NCBI GenBank assembly: GCA_965198175.1
Contig: OZ240245.1
Coordinates: forward strand, 1,312,001 to 1,376,000
Origin: Candidatus Poribacteria bacterium
GTDB lineage: Bacteria > Poribacteria > WGA-4E > PCPOR2b
DNA: 64,000 nucleotides
Reading direction: 5' to 3'
Both the position numbers and the translations under genes were made by a program. The notes beneath the pieces are model-generated. The model was not told the origin of the DNA. It made no database searches and saw only the letters and a program-made list of their open reading frames with translations. The stretch's first letter is position 1. Each line of letters opens with the position of its first letter. Shown one piece after another: positions 1 to 10,486 of this stretch.

Positions 1-109
1 TGTCCGTTTCAATGCGTTCTACATTTTTTTGGGAACTACATCCAAGAACCATAATTATTACAACAAGGCAACAGACCACAGACAAATGGTGTTTCACTAT
101 CTTTTTCAT
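1..109 (-). pseudogene. 5' end of a lipoprotein gene running off the window, with an apparent +1 frameshift in the signal peptide
   Basis: AGGAAG RBS and ATG at 109 give MKKIV. The shifted frame reads TICLWSVALLIIIMVLGC-SSQKNVERIETD (hydrophobic stretch plus LGC lipobox); the ATG frame stops after 24 codons. Confidence 0.45.
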
Positions 110-340
110 AATGTCTTCCTAAATTTCTTATGGATTTACTCTAATTATACGGTTGTAGGAATGTCTTCAATCTATGCAATTTGCATAATTTGCAGTGGTT
201 CTTTAAGGATAAATTTCGTGGATACAGTATCAAGTGACTTTACATCTATCATCTCATCCATATCGGCATCTCGCGCTACCTACACCGAATTTCAGACGAT
301 AGCGACTCCTTGGCAACATACAGGCTTCCTCTACCTCTAA

Positions 341-1204
341 CTATTGGCGGATGAACTTCTGGAACCGTCCCTCTACCGCCACCTCGCCTACGTAAAGATC
401 GCCATGGGAGTCCATCCAGATACCGTGTGGCGCACCGAGGAACTCACCGGGCACCTCGCTTTTTCTCGCGCCACCCCACTTAGTAATCGGTTTGCCGTCA
501 AGCGTGTAGATACTGACTTGACCTTCTGCTTCGGCGATGTAAACCACCTCCTCATTCGGGTCGAAATATACCGTATCAGGGCGCCGCATACCGGTCCACT
601 CTGTTAAGAAATGACCGCAAGTATCGAAGATTTGAATGCGATTGTTCTCTCGGTCGCAGATCCAAACACGGTCATGTTTGTCTATCCGCACGCAATGTGA
701 TAGTGCGAATTGTCCTTGCCCACTACCTCGCTCGCCCCAAGACAGCAACAGTTTGCCATCTGGCGAATATTTATGGACTCGTGCGTTGCCATAGCCATCC
801 GAAATGAACAACTCTCCGGTTGAAGCAATTGCCAAATCTGTTGGAAGGTTAAACGGGGCACCGTCCTCTGGGGCGGGATGACCAGGAACGCCGAGCGTCA
901 TCACTAGTTTTCCATTTGGATTGAGCTTGCGGACGCAATGGGTGTTACGCTCGGTGCAGTAGACGTTGTCGTCAGCATCAATGTAGATACCGTGTGCATC
1001 CTCTAGGAAATCATCGCCCCACGATGCCAGAAAGTTACCGTCTCGGTCGCAGACAACCAGCGGGTGTTCGCTGCGCGAGTAAACATAAACGCGATCCTGC
1101 GAATCACACGCGACCGCCGGAATCCATCCCCATGTCCAACCTTCCGGCAACGCCCCCCAACCCTCGGCAACTTTGTAAGTGTATTTGCCTGAACCGTATA
1201 CCAT
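341..1204 (-). CDS. NHL-repeat beta-propeller protein (peptidyl-alpha-hydroxyglycine alpha-amidating lyase-like)
   Basis: Repeated NHL-type motifs (FNLPTDLAI, SDGYGNARVHKY, CDRENNRIQIFD, PHGIWMDSHGDLYVGEV). Confidence 0.85.
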   Translation of the reverse strand: MVYGSGKYTYKVAEGWGALPEGWTWGWIPAVACDSQDRVYVYSRSEHPLVVCDRDGNFLASWGDDFLEDAHGIYIDADDNVYCTERNTHCVRKLNPNGKLVMTLGVPGHPAPEDGAPFNLPTDLAIASTGELFISDGYGNARVHKYSPDGKLLLSWGERGSGQGQFALSHCVRIDKHDRVWICDRENNRIQIFDTCGHFLTEWTGMRRPDTVYFDPNEEVVYIAEAEGQVSIYTLDGKPITKWGGARKSEVPGEFLGAPHGIWMDSHGDLYVGEVAVEGRFQKFIRQ

Positions 1205-1277
1205 ATTGGTTATACCTCTTGAAAAATTTTATAATCGGCAAAAATCAACGTGTTAATAATTCTAACCACAGTAAAGC

Positions 1278-2228
1278 CTACAACTCATTCACTGGAAAAC
1301 GCGGTGCCCCGCCTTGCAAAACTGTTACTACATCCTTTACTGCAGTGTCGCACATCCTATCAATAGCCTCTTCCGTTTTATACGCCGTCCACGGCGTCGA
1401 GATAACGTTGTCCAGTTGAACGAGTGAATCATCTGGCGCGCAGGGTGCGGGCTCATGTACGTCCATTGCTGCACCTGCAATTTTCTTTGCCTTTAGTACG
1501 TTAATCAAGGCATCCTTCACCACAACACTCGGTCTGCTAGTGTTTACCAGATAGGCATCCTTCTTCATCAACTTCAACCTTCGCTCATCTATTAGTCCTA
1601 GCGTGTGCTCGTTGAGCGCGGTGTGCAGAGTTACAATGTCGGACTGAGCCATCAATTCATCCAGCGGAACGTATCGGATTTGCCAGTTCTCAGCGAAGGC
1701 ATGGTCATGATAGATGTCATACGCGAGGACGCTTGCATCAAATCCTCTTGCTCTCTTAATGACCTCCTGCCCTATTGCACCAACCCCGATAACACCCAAG
1801 GTTATACTTGACAATTCTCTGCCTGCGAACTGCTTCCACTCTCCGTTTTTCATCTCCTGAACCATTGCGGGAATATTTCTTAATAGGCATAGGATTAGAC
1901 CAAGAGTGAAATCGGATACAGCATGCATTCCTGCGCCCGGAGTCGTCGTAACCCAGACAGCATTCTTTGTCGCCGCTCCTAAGTCGACTTGGTCATAGCC
2001 GGCTCCCGTCCGAGCGATGATCTTCAGCTTGTCAGCCGCCCGAAAGACCTTATCAGTATACTGTTCACCTCCGGCAATGACCGCGTCTATATCCCGTATT
2101 TTCCGGCAGAATTCATCCTCCGTTAAGCTACTCAGCGAGTCGTCTATTATCTCACAGCCATTCTTCTCCAAGTAAGTTCTAGCATGATTGGTTAAATAGT
2201 GTTGCGTATTAATCACGTTAAATGCCAT
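1278..2228 (-). CDS. D-isomer-specific 2-hydroxyacid dehydrogenase (phosphoglycerate dehydrogenase family)
   Basis: RTGAGYDQVD, GVIGVGAIG Rossmann motif, LVNTSR, AAMDV. The usual catalytic TPH appears as TPW. Confidence 0.85.
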   Translation of the reverse strand: MAFNVINTQHYLTNHARTYLEKNGCEIIDDSLSSLTEDEFCRKIRDIDAVIAGGEQYTDKVFRAADKLKIIARTGAGYDQVDLGAATKNAVWVTTTPGAGMHAVSDFTLGLILCLLRNIPAMVQEMKNGEWKQFAGRELSSITLGVIGVGAIGQEVIKRARGFDASVLAYDIYHDHAFAENWQIRYVPLDELMAQSDIVTLHTALNEHTLGLIDERRLKLMKKDAYLVNTSRPSVVVKDALINVLKAKKIAGAAMDVHEPAPCAPDDSLVQLDNVISTPWTAYKTEEAIDRMCDTAVKDVVTVLQGGAPRFPVNEL

Positions 2229-2286
2229 TGGCTGATACTCTTGCTCCTCTTTAGATTATTGTTACTGTTACACGAGTATGAGTCAC

Positions 2287-2315
2287 AGTATAGAGCATAA
2301 TAGAAACCTTGTCAA
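2287..2315 (-). promoter_or_regulatory. sigma70-type promoter for the 2-hydroxyacid dehydrogenase
   Basis: Minus strand TTGACA-N17-TATACT about 60 nt upstream of the ATG. Confidence 0.6.
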
Positions 2316-2459
2316 TATATTTTTGGGTCATCAAATAAAGATTTGAAAGTTGGTAAAATTTGTTAGGTATAGTGTATAATAGATAATCTTCAAAACCCGA
2401 ATGGGTGTACAAAAACGGAGTAGGAAAATGTTCACTTCAATCCTACATGGAGGAAAGCG

Positions 2460-3224
2460 ATGACAGCTAGAAACGTGCTCATCACCGGAATGAGTGGGTT
2501 GATTGGAGGGGTAGTGTACGATCACTTAAACTCGGTAGGCAAGTACGCATTGAGCGCACTCAACCGTCGTGATGTGCCGGGAATCAAATTATGGCGGGCA
2601 GATATCGCAGATTTAGATGCAATCCAGCCAGCTTTTGAAGGAGTGGATGTGGTAGTGCATCTAGCAGCGATGGCCAAAGGGGACGCAACGTGGGAAGAGG
2701 TGCTGGAACCGAATATCATTGGAACCTACAACGTCTTCGAGGCGTCACGGCAAGCGGGCGTAAAACGCATCATCTACGCTAGCAGCGGCTCAACGATTAA
2801 TCGATGGGAATTGGAATTTCCATACAGCGCTCTAGCTCAAGGGCGTTACGACGAAGCCCCCGAAACGTGGGAGAAAATAACGCACAAGTGGCCGGTACGC
2901 CCGGATGGACTTTACGGAGCCAGCAAGGTATGGGGAGAGGCTTTGGCGCGGCATTTCTCGGATAACTGTGGTATTTCTACCATCTGCGTTCGCATCGGCG
3001 CAGTTACGCCTGAAAATCGCCCGCGACAGCCACGTGAGTTTGCGGTCTGGTGCAGTCATCGCGACATTGCCCAGATGGTAGAAAAGTGCATTGAAGCGCC
3101 TGACAGTGTGCGGTTTGACATCTTCTATGCGGTGTCAAATAACAAATGGGGTTACCGCGACTTCTCACACGCCCGTGAGGTCATCGGCTTTGAACCACAG
3201 GACTCCGCGGAAACACATCGATAG
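2460..3224 (+). CDS. NAD-dependent epimerase/dehydratase (uronate dehydrogenase-like extended SDR)
   Basis: TGMSGLIG, VVHLAA, YGASK catalytic YxxxK, WCSHRD; GGAGG RBS. Confidence 0.85.
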   Translation: MTARNVLITGMSGLIGGVVYDHLNSVGKYALSALNRRDVPGIKLWRADIADLDAIQPAFEGVDVVVHLAAMAKGDATWEEVLEPNIIGTYNVFEASRQAGVKRIIYASSGSTINRWELEFPYSALAQGRYDEAPETWEKITHKWPVRPDGLYGASKVWGEALARHFSDNCGISTICVRIGAVTPENRPRQPREFAVWCSHRDIAQMVEKCIEAPDSVRFDIFYAVSNNKWGYRDFSHAREVIGFEPQDSAETHR

Positions 3225-3367
3225 CCCCATAGCATTATTCTTTTACTGTTTCAGAAACGCAATGTGCTGTGGATTTGAACTCTCGACAAGCTACTTACCG
3301 ATTTGGTACGTCTTTGATTGCGTCAAATCCTAAGCAATTCCGATTGCCGGATGAACCGGTCGTTTCC

Positions 3368-4372
3368 TCATTTTAATGCTTTGCCATCTCTTACGCCACA
3401 ACCGGCTAATAGCACACGTTGAACTGAAAGGTCGTGTGCTAACGTGTAATCTGGTGCCTTGACTCCCCGAATGCAGGCGGACAGTTCGCGCAAAAGCGAC
3501 GGAAACTCCGCCGGCGGAGCGATTGTCACGTGCTGCCACCCTGTCTGGTAATCCTCAACGGGCCTTTCCAGACATAGACTGAGATAGGATGATCCAATCT
3601 GAGTGTGGATGGCAGTGCCTTCGGTGCCGTAGACCTCAATACGGCGCGTCCGATCCATCCCTACATGCATGGCTGCGGTGTCAATGGTGCCAAGACCGCT
3701 CTCGAACTCATGTACAACGACCGCGTTGTCTACGTGAATCGGATTGTCTCCATAGTGTTTTCCCAAGACGGGATACACATGCTTCGGTTTCCCCATCGCC
3801 GCAACCATCAAATCCACTAAATGACCAGCCATCTCGAAATAGACGGCGCCGTGGTACATACCGAATTCCGATTCCAACTGCAGATGCCACGTCTTGGGCT
3901 TCGGTATATGCCCGCGATAGTAGAAAATTTCTCCCAACGCGCCAGATTTGACCAAACGAATAATCTCATGGATAGCAGGATTGTAGCGCCACATATACGC
4001 CATCTGAAGCATCAGTCCCTTGCGTGCTGCGATTCCCTGAACGCGCTTTAGGTGTTCCAGGTCCACACCCGCCGGCTTTTCTAACAACACATGTTTACCT
4101 GCTTCCAATGCACGTTGAGCATAGTCTAGATTTTGGTAAACACGTCCCTCAACAATCACGGCTTCGGCGTCGCTATCTAGTACGGCTTGGAGGGAGGGAA
4201 AAACCGAGATGGAAGGTAGAAATTCAGTCCACTCTTTCCTTTTCTGAATGACATCAACATCAGGATCATACATCCCAATTAGCTGAAACTCGTCGGGACG
4301 TTGAGCTGTCTCCCGCACGTGCATAACGGCATGACTATGCCAGACGCCCAGAAAGGCAAATTTGAGTGGCAT
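3368..4372 (-). CDS. Gfo/Idh/MocA family oxidoreductase
   Basis: ALEAGKHVLLEKP motif, GHLVD, EVYGTEG. Confidence 0.85.
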   Translation of the reverse strand: MPLKFAFLGVWHSHAVMHVRETAQRPDEFQLIGMYDPDVDVIQKRKEWTEFLPSISVFPSLQAVLDSDAEAVIVEGRVYQNLDYAQRALEAGKHVLLEKPAGVDLEHLKRVQGIAARKGLMLQMAYMWRYNPAIHEIIRLVKSGALGEIFYYRGHIPKPKTWHLQLESEFGMYHGAVYFEMAGHLVDLMVAAMGKPKHVYPVLGKHYGDNPIHVDNAVVVHEFESGLGTIDTAAMHVGMDRTRRIEVYGTEGTAIHTQIGSSYLSLCLERPVEDYQTGWQHVTIAPPAEFPSLLRELSACIRGVKAPDYTLAHDLSVQRVLLAGCGVRDGKALK

Positions 4373-4423
4373 CCTTGTCTCTCCATATTGATGGAGCGGT
4401 GTGAGCGAGTCGTTTTTTTGCGT

Positions 4424-5413
4424 TTACGGTCTGATGATTGACAAAATCTCAGATTTAGTTAGGCTACGTACGTTGAATTTGAGGTTCTCAAAAAACGGAG
4501 TGAGATCTTCGCCGGCTACCTTACTCAAGTAATATACAAGAACGCTCGTGTTCATCCGATGCGGTGTTTTTTCGTATAGCTTCTCTTCTTCAATTAAACG
4601 GAAAACCCTTGCGTAAAAGTCTTCCCCAAAACGAGATTTCAGTGCCGAAACGAGCGAATAAGAGTAATCATATTTCCATTTGGTAAGCGCATAAATATCT
4701 AGTGTGCCAGATTCCCAATCTTGAACCAAATTTGCGCCGTCAGGGTTGACCTTAATGTTGTTCTCAATGTCAATTTCACCAAAATACCCGCGTTTTACAT
4801 ATTCAACCTCGACTAAAACCGACAGGCCTTCTGCGAACCATGAAGGGATGTTATAGATTTCCGTAAAAGCGTGGGTTAATTCGTGTGCTTGAGTCCCTTT
4901 TTGCTGCACCATGTTTAGCGGGAAACGCATTTGCGCGCTAGTAACTTGCTTAACAAGCTCATCCCCTTTAACGGAAATCTGAGAGGTAGAGGCAGTAGTT
5001 GCCCTATGTATCCGGCCTTGAATAGGCGGCAGAAGTAAGACATCAATTCGGTAGTTAGGTTCAAATTTCAAAATGTTGTGAACGAATCTGTAGAAACTCT
5101 CCAAGGACACCAATATTCCCTGCCCTGTGTCCTGTCGTTCTTGCGCTTCATCGAAATCCTCATGCTGCAGCAGCGTTTCGTGAAAGGTCAATGTGTAATG
5201 ATCGCTTCTGACCACTAGCCCATCCTGATCTGCGTTATATTCGGAAGTAGCTCGTGCATATAGCACGTGACGTTCTTCTCGATTCTTCTTGATTCGTTCT
5301 TGTCTTCGCTGTTGCGCTTCGTTTAAGGCAGCGCAACCCGTGCAGAAGAACACAACCAGAAGCAAAATCAATACATAGCTGAAGCTGCTGCGAGATTGGC
5401 TTAGGGATTTCAT
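4424..5413 (-). CDS. Lipoprotein with gluzincin-like zinc metallopeptidase motif
   Basis: Hydrophobic signal plus CTGC lipobox; AHELTH (HExxH) followed by WFAEGL (third ligand Glu). Confidence 0.65.
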   Translation of the reverse strand: MKSLSQSRSSFSYVLILLLVVFFCTGCAALNEAQQRRQERIKKNREERHVLYARATSEYNADQDGLVVRSDHYTLTFHETLLQHEDFDEAQERQDTGQGILVSLESFYRFVHNILKFEPNYRIDVLLLPPIQGRIHRATTASTSQISVKGDELVKQVTSAQMRFPLNMVQQKGTQAHELTHAFTEIYNIPSWFAEGLSVLVEVEYVKRGYFGEIDIENNIKVNPDGANLVQDWESGTLDIYALTKWKYDYSYSLVSALKSRFGEDFYARVFRLIEEEKLYEKTPHRMNTSVLVYYLSKVAGEDLTPFFENLKFNVRSLTKSEILSIIRP

Positions 5414-5447
5414 CGGTTGTTCTCCTTAGTGAAGATAATGACAGGAA

Positions 5448-6215
5448 TCAAAACGCTGCGTCGTAACATGTATCCTTCAAGAAAGCCAGCATCCGCATCC
5501 GTTTCGGTGTCGCGTCTTCAAAGAGTTCAGGTGTATAATAGCCCCCGTCCTTATGGTAGAGCCATTTTATATGCTCCTTTTCCTCTGTCGTGCTTGGTTT
5601 CTGGAGGTAGTTGATGTAGATTGCTCGTCGTCCCACCCCTTCGCCGAACGCGGCGTGATAGAGTTTTACATTGAAAATCACGACGTCGCCCGGATTGGAC
5701 GCGATGGGGTAGGTGCCGGGAACATCCTTTCCTAACGGCAGGATATCTCCGATATACCGTTCCATCCGCTGACGGTAAGGCAAAAAGTGGCTGCCCGGCA
5801 GCACTGAGAGACATCCGGTGTTTGCACGGACTGGGTCTAGGTAGAGAACAACCTTCAAGTGAATATGTCCTTCGGGCGATACATCGTCATGATGCCACCC
5901 CGTGTTGCCGAACCGATAGGCACCTTCGGATGTGCTAAACACAAAGTCCTCGCCGAGCAAATCCTCGACCACCTCACAGACCGCGTCACTTTCAAGCAGG
6001 TGGTGATAAACCGCTGGATTATACTCAAAGAACCGCATCACTGCTATGGTCTTCTTGATATTCGTGTATGGTTCCTTCAATCTTTGCCCCGCGGCTTTCC
6101 GAAACGTACCATCAAACGCATTGATGTAAGTCTGTATCTCATCCGGTGGGAAGAAGTTTTTCAGAAAGATAAATCCTAGGGTTTCGAAGTGGTGTTTTTG
6201 GGTATCAATTAGCAT
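5448..6215 (-). CDS. Phytanoyl-CoA dioxygenase (PhyH) family Fe(II)/2OG dioxygenase
   Basis: FETLGFIFL, WHHD (HxD), GCLSVLPGSH, PGDVVIF..KLYH. Confidence 0.85.
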   Translation of the reverse strand: MLIDTQKHHFETLGFIFLKNFFPPDEIQTYINAFDGTFRKAAGQRLKEPYTNIKKTIAVMRFFEYNPAVYHHLLESDAVCEVVEDLLGEDFVFSTSEGAYRFGNTGWHHDDVSPEGHIHLKVVLYLDPVRANTGCLSVLPGSHFLPYRQRMERYIGDILPLGKDVPGTYPIASNPGDVVIFNVKLYHAAFGEGVGRRAIYINYLQKPSTTEEKEHIKWLYHKDGGYYTPELFEDATPKRMRMLAFLKDTCYDAAF

Positions 6216-6397
6216 TTCTCAGTCCCCATTTGTTTTATTAACTATACGAATGGATTGAAGATTGGAATTATCATATCATGAAAAAGGAATTATTGCAACG
6301 CTATATGGACAACCGACTTTTCATGCTTGCAATCGACCACAGCTTTTGGTAATATACTCAAACCTGAATACTGACACCCAGACGGAGAGGAATAATC

Positions 6398-7660
6398 ATG
6401 AAACTACCTAGAATGATTCGTGTGAAACAACGATTTGAGGCGCCAGTCGTCAACAATCTTCCCACAGCTATTACCGCCGAATTGGATCGTATTGATGTCA
6501 CATCAATTGTGGGTAAGAGTAGCAGCGTCGCCGTAACTGCAGGGAGTCGCGGCGTTGCAGACATTGCTGTAGTCGTTAAGGCGACGGTCGATTACCTCAA
6601 ACGAATTGGCGTTAAGCCGTTCATCGTGCCCGCGATGGGAAGTCATGGCGGCGCCACCGCAGCGGGACAACGTGAGATATTGGCACATTATGGCATTACC
6701 GAAGAAAGTATGGGGGTACCAATCAAGGCTACCATGGACGTGGTGGAAATCGGTCAGACGGCAGACAAATTGCCGGTGTATTTGGATCGATATGCCGCTC
6801 AAGCCGATTATATCGTTCCTCTCAATCGAATCAAAGCCCATACTGACTTCAGCGGTTCTGTTGAAAGCGGTCTAATGAAGATAATGGCGATTGGACTGGG
6901 CAAACAGAAGGGAGCGAATACGTACCATCGCGCGTCCGTCCATTATGGTTTTGAACATGTCATTACAACGGTAGGTGGTCTGGTTCTTGGGACTGGTAAA
7001 GTCGCGTTTGGGATTGGACTTATTGAAAACGCGTACGAGCAGATGGCGAAAGTTGCTGCACTGAGATCTGATGAGTTGATATTTGGGGAACGCGAACTTC
7101 TGATTGAGTCCAAAGCCCTTATGGGACGACTTCCTTTTGACACGCTTGATTTCCTGATTGTGGACTATATGGGGAAAAATATCAGTGGGACAGGGATGGA
7201 CACAAACATCATTGGTCGGCGGATGCAAACTTTAGGGATTGAACCTGAGAAACCCAAGATTTTACGAATCTTTGTCCGAGATGTGACAGATGCTAGCGAT
7301 GGCAATGCGACGGGAATTGGTCTGGCAGATTTCACGACAACGCGTCTTGTGGAAAAGATTGACCGACATGCAACGTATATGAATGGCATCACCGGCTTGG
7401 CTCCTCAGAAATCGAGAATCCCCTTCCACTACGGCACCGATCGGGAAGCTATTGAGATAGCGTTGCAGACGATCGGGCTGACCTCGCCTGAGCGGGCGAG
7501 CGTAATTCGCGTTGAGAACACCCTGAAATTGACGGAAGTAGACATCTCCGAATCGCTACTTGAAGCGGCAAAACTGCGCAGCGATCTGGAAGTCATCGGC
7601 AGGTTGAGTTCGTTTGAATTTGACTCCGTGGGTAACCTGTTGCCGTTCACAATCTTATAG
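6398..7660 (+). CDS. Lactate racemase-domain (LarA superfamily, DUF2088-like) protein
   Basis: VAVTAGSRG, PAMGSHGGAT, NRIKAHTDF, ESGLMK, GKNISGTGMDTN motifs. Confidence 0.75.
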   Translation: MKLPRMIRVKQRFEAPVVNNLPTAITAELDRIDVTSIVGKSSSVAVTAGSRGVADIAVVVKATVDYLKRIGVKPFIVPAMGSHGGATAAGQREILAHYGITEESMGVPIKATMDVVEIGQTADKLPVYLDRYAAQADYIVPLNRIKAHTDFSGSVESGLMKIMAIGLGKQKGANTYHRASVHYGFEHVITTVGGLVLGTGKVAFGIGLIENAYEQMAKVAALRSDELIFGERELLIESKALMGRLPFDTLDFLIVDYMGKNISGTGMDTNIIGRRMQTLGIEPEKPKILRIFVRDVTDASDGNATGIGLADFTTTRLVEKIDRHATYMNGITGLAPQKSRIPFHYGTDREAIEIALQTIGLTSPERASVIRVENTLKLTEVDISESLLEAAKLRSDLEVIGRLSSFEFDSVGNLLPFTIL

Positions 7661-7765
7661 ATTTGCGTAAACGGAATCTAAGAATCTGATGGCTAGCAGA
7701 AGCGTTGAGCATGTGATTGATGCATTATCAACTACAATTTAGAGTCAGATTAAGGAATCTCAGAC

Positions 7766-8164
7766 ATGGAAGGACATCCAACTGGTTTTCTTCGCCGGGC
7801 ATTGCACAATCCGTTCATAGGGGGATTGCTTACGGTCGCACTCGTGTTGATGCTAGTCCTCTTTTTTTCACAATGGTACCTGATTACCGAGCTACTGGAT
7901 TTGACTGTCGATCTTGTCGAGAAAGAACTGATACGGCAGGCACCTGAAGCTGTAGAGGTATCGGAGATTACAAGTACATTTGAAAATGTTAGAGAAGCGC
8001 TGATGAAAATGCCGGTGAGCTACATCACAGGCAAGATAAGTCTGAGGAAAATTAAAGCAGCGGCGAATTACGCGAAAAGTGCGAACACGGATGGAGAATG
8101 GACTTCAGAAGAGGTCAACACGATGTTAATCATGATGAATGCGGCTGTGGGATTCAAGCGATAG
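7766..8164 (+). CDS. Hypothetical protein with one N-terminal transmembrane helix
   Basis: 132-aa ORF with RBS and hydrophobic stretch; 12 nt from the next gene. Confidence 0.6.
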   Translation: MEGHPTGFLRRALHNPFIGGLLTVALVLMLVLFFSQWYLITELLDLTVDLVEKELIRQAPEAVEVSEITSTFENVREALMKMPVSYITGKISLRKIKAAANYAKSANTDGEWTSEEVNTMLIMMNAAVGFKR

Positions 8165-8176
8165 GAAAAGTAGCGG

Positions 8177-8938
8177 ATGGTTGAGCTGACGGATCCCTAT
8201 GAAAAGTTTGCTTACGCCTACGATCGCATGATGAGCAACGTGGATTATGTGCGTTGGGCAGACTATATCGAGAATCTCTTCAAGCAGTACAAATTCCGCC
8301 CTCGAAAAATTTTGGATTTAGCTTGTGGAACGGCGGCTTTGACGGTGTTGATGGCGGAACATGGGTATGAAATATCGGGACTAGATCGTGCGGAGGGAAT
8401 GCTGGCAATTGCACGTCAAAAAGCCAAAGATCTCGACCTGGATATTCCGTTTTTTCAGGGTGACATGTGCAATTTCGATCTGCAGCAACAATTTGATGCG
8501 GTTGTTTGCATCTACGATAGCATTAACTATGCACTCGATGAAGACGAATTAGCCAATGTATTTCGCTCCGTGTGCAGGCATCTCGCTCCATCGGGGCTGT
8601 TCATTTTCGATGTGACAACCGAGCACAACATCGTTCGACATTTTCATGCACAAACCTTCGCAGAGAACAAAGATGACTATGCCTATATTTGGAAGAATCT
8701 CTACTCCTATCGCGATAATATCTGCCGCACATCATTGGCCTTTTTCCTGCGTGAAGGAGAATGTTTTCGCCGATTTGAAGAGGTGCATCTTCAAAGAATC
8801 TTCGGAGTCAACACTGTTAAAGAACTGCTACATCAGACCGGGTACAAAATGCTCAGCGCTTATGACATGTATACGTTTAATCGCTGGAACCGAAATTCTG
8901 ATCGAATCAATTTCACTGCATGTAAAGATGAAGATTAG
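8177..8938 (+). CDS. Class I SAM-dependent methyltransferase
   Basis: ILDLACGT motif I, FFQGDM, DSINY, HLAPSGLFIFD. Confidence 0.85.
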   Translation: MVELTDPYEKFAYAYDRMMSNVDYVRWADYIENLFKQYKFRPRKILDLACGTAALTVLMAEHGYEISGLDRAEGMLAIARQKAKDLDLDIPFFQGDMCNFDLQQQFDAVVCIYDSINYALDEDELANVFRSVCRHLAPSGLFIFDVTTEHNIVRHFHAQTFAENKDDYAYIWKNLYSYRDNICRTSLAFFLREGECFRRFEEVHLQRIFGVNTVKELLHQTGYKMLSAYDMYTFNRWNRNSDRINFTACKDED

Positions 8939-8983
8939 CCAAGATTCGAGGTGAATCTAGCCTCAATGTGTGCCGGTTAGCGG

Positions 8984-10486
8984 TCACACACCAGAGGGTA
9001 ACCGCGTTACTGCAATAAACCTATCGTAAGCCTCATCCCAACCCGCCGAATCTTGCGGTTCGTAGATAGCAACCTCAAACGAACGACGGATAATCTCGCG
9101 TGCGTCAGCAATCGAATTGATTGCTCCGCTAGCAACCGCTTGTACCATGATATTGCCGATTGCAGTTGCCTCTATGGGACCCGCAACGACCGGCGTCCCC
9201 GTGGCATCGGCGGTGAATTGGCAGAGCACCTTGCTCTGCGTCCCACCACCAACGATGTGAAGGACGTTTATCGGCTTACTCCAAACAGCTTCGAGCCTTT
9301 CCAAAACCCACCGGTATTTGAGCGCAAGGCTTTCCAACGCACAGCGGATGATTTGTCCATTGTCCGACGTGATAGTTTGCCCGCTGCGTTTGCAATAATC
9401 AACAATGCGCGATGGCATATCGCCAGCGGGCAAGAAGCTGATGTCATCCGGGTCAATTAGCGCGGCAAAAGGCTTTGCGCTCACAGCCATCTGCGTAATC
9501 TGATCGTAGGACATGTCATCGCCCGCTTGCGCCCAAGTTCGCCGACACTCCTGCACCAGCCATAAGCCCATGATGTTTTTTAGGAAACGGAACGTGTTAT
9601 CAATTCCTCCCTCATTCGTAAAGTTGAGTTCGAGCGCTTGATCGGTAATAATCGGTTCGGGAACCTCAATCCCCATCAATGACCATGTACCGGAGCTGAT
9701 ATATGCCCAGTCTTCTCCCCGTGCGGGTACGGCTGCAACAGCCGAACCGGTATCGTGGCACGCCGGCGCAATAACAGGAATTTTGGGAAGGCCGACCTCG
9801 CTAGCAACGGTTGATAGAAGTGTGCCGAATTGTGTGCCCGGTGGCACAATCTCGGGGAAAATTTCGGTTGGCAAGCCAAGTCCGTCGAAAATCTCCTTCG
9901 ACCACCTGTATTTACGCGGATCGTAAAATTGTGTCGTTGTGGCATCAGTGAATTCGCATGCCTTTCGTCCTGTCAACCAGAAGTTGAAAAGATCTGGCAT
10001 CATCAGAAACGTCTTTGCAACTTCGAGCAGCGGCGATTCATTTAATACCATCGACAACAACTGATACAGCGTGTTAATCTGGAGGAATTGTGTCCCGCTT
10101 CGCTTGAAGATTTCCTCGCGCGATATGCGGCGAAAGGCTTCTCCCAGCATGCCATCTGTACGAGAATCCCGGTAATGATAGGGGTACCCAAGCAACGCGT
10201 CGTCTCTACCGAGAAGCGCAAAATCGACGCCCCAGGTATCCGCACCAAGGCTCGTGAGATTTACACGCTCGCGCGCGCATATAGAAAGGGTGCGCTTGAT
10301 CTCGCTCCAGAGCTGTAAGACATCCCAGTGCAGGCTATCCATCACGCGAATGCCGCCGTTAGCGAAACGGTGTAATTCCTCCAATTCAAGCAAATCGCCA
10401 TCGAACTTCCCTAACACGCCGCGTCCGCTTTCCGCGCCGAGATCTATCGCTAGGAATTGCTGTGCTTCTCTCATGCCAACTCCCAT
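8984..10486 (-). CDS. rhaB: Rhamnulokinase / FGGY sugar kinase
   Basis: LAIDLGAESGR, DTWGVDF, YRDSRT, HDTGSAV, SSGTWSL, FTNEGG, LKNIMGLW. Confidence 0.85.
   Translation of the reverse strand: MGVGMREAQQFLAIDLGAESGRGVLGKFDGDLLELEELHRFANGGIRVMDSLHWDVLQLWSEIKRTLSICARERVNLTSLGADTWGVDFALLGRDDALLGYPYHYRDSRTDGMLGEAFRRISREEIFKRSGTQFLQINTLYQLLSMVLNESPLLEVAKTFLMMPDLFNFWLTGRKACEFTDATTTQFYDPRKYRWSKEIFDGLGLPTEIFPEIVPPGTQFGTLLSTVASEVGLPKIPVIAPACHDTGSAVAAVPARGEDWAYISSGTWSLMGIEVPEPIITDQALELNFTNEGGIDNTFRFLKNIMGLWLVQECRRTWAQAGDDMSYDQITQMAVSAKPFAALIDPDDISFLPAGDMPSRIVDYCKRSGQTITSDNGQIIRCALESLALKYRWVLERLEAVWSKPINVLHIVGGGTQSKVLCQFTADATGTPVVAGPIEATAIGNIMVQAVASGAINSIADAREIIRRSFEVAIYEPQDSAGWDEAYDRFIAVTRLPSGV

Noticed and set aside
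341..1204. RiPP amidation cluster around the PAL-like NHL protein
   Set aside because: No precursor, monooxygenase or transporter next to it; stand-alone NHL genes are common.
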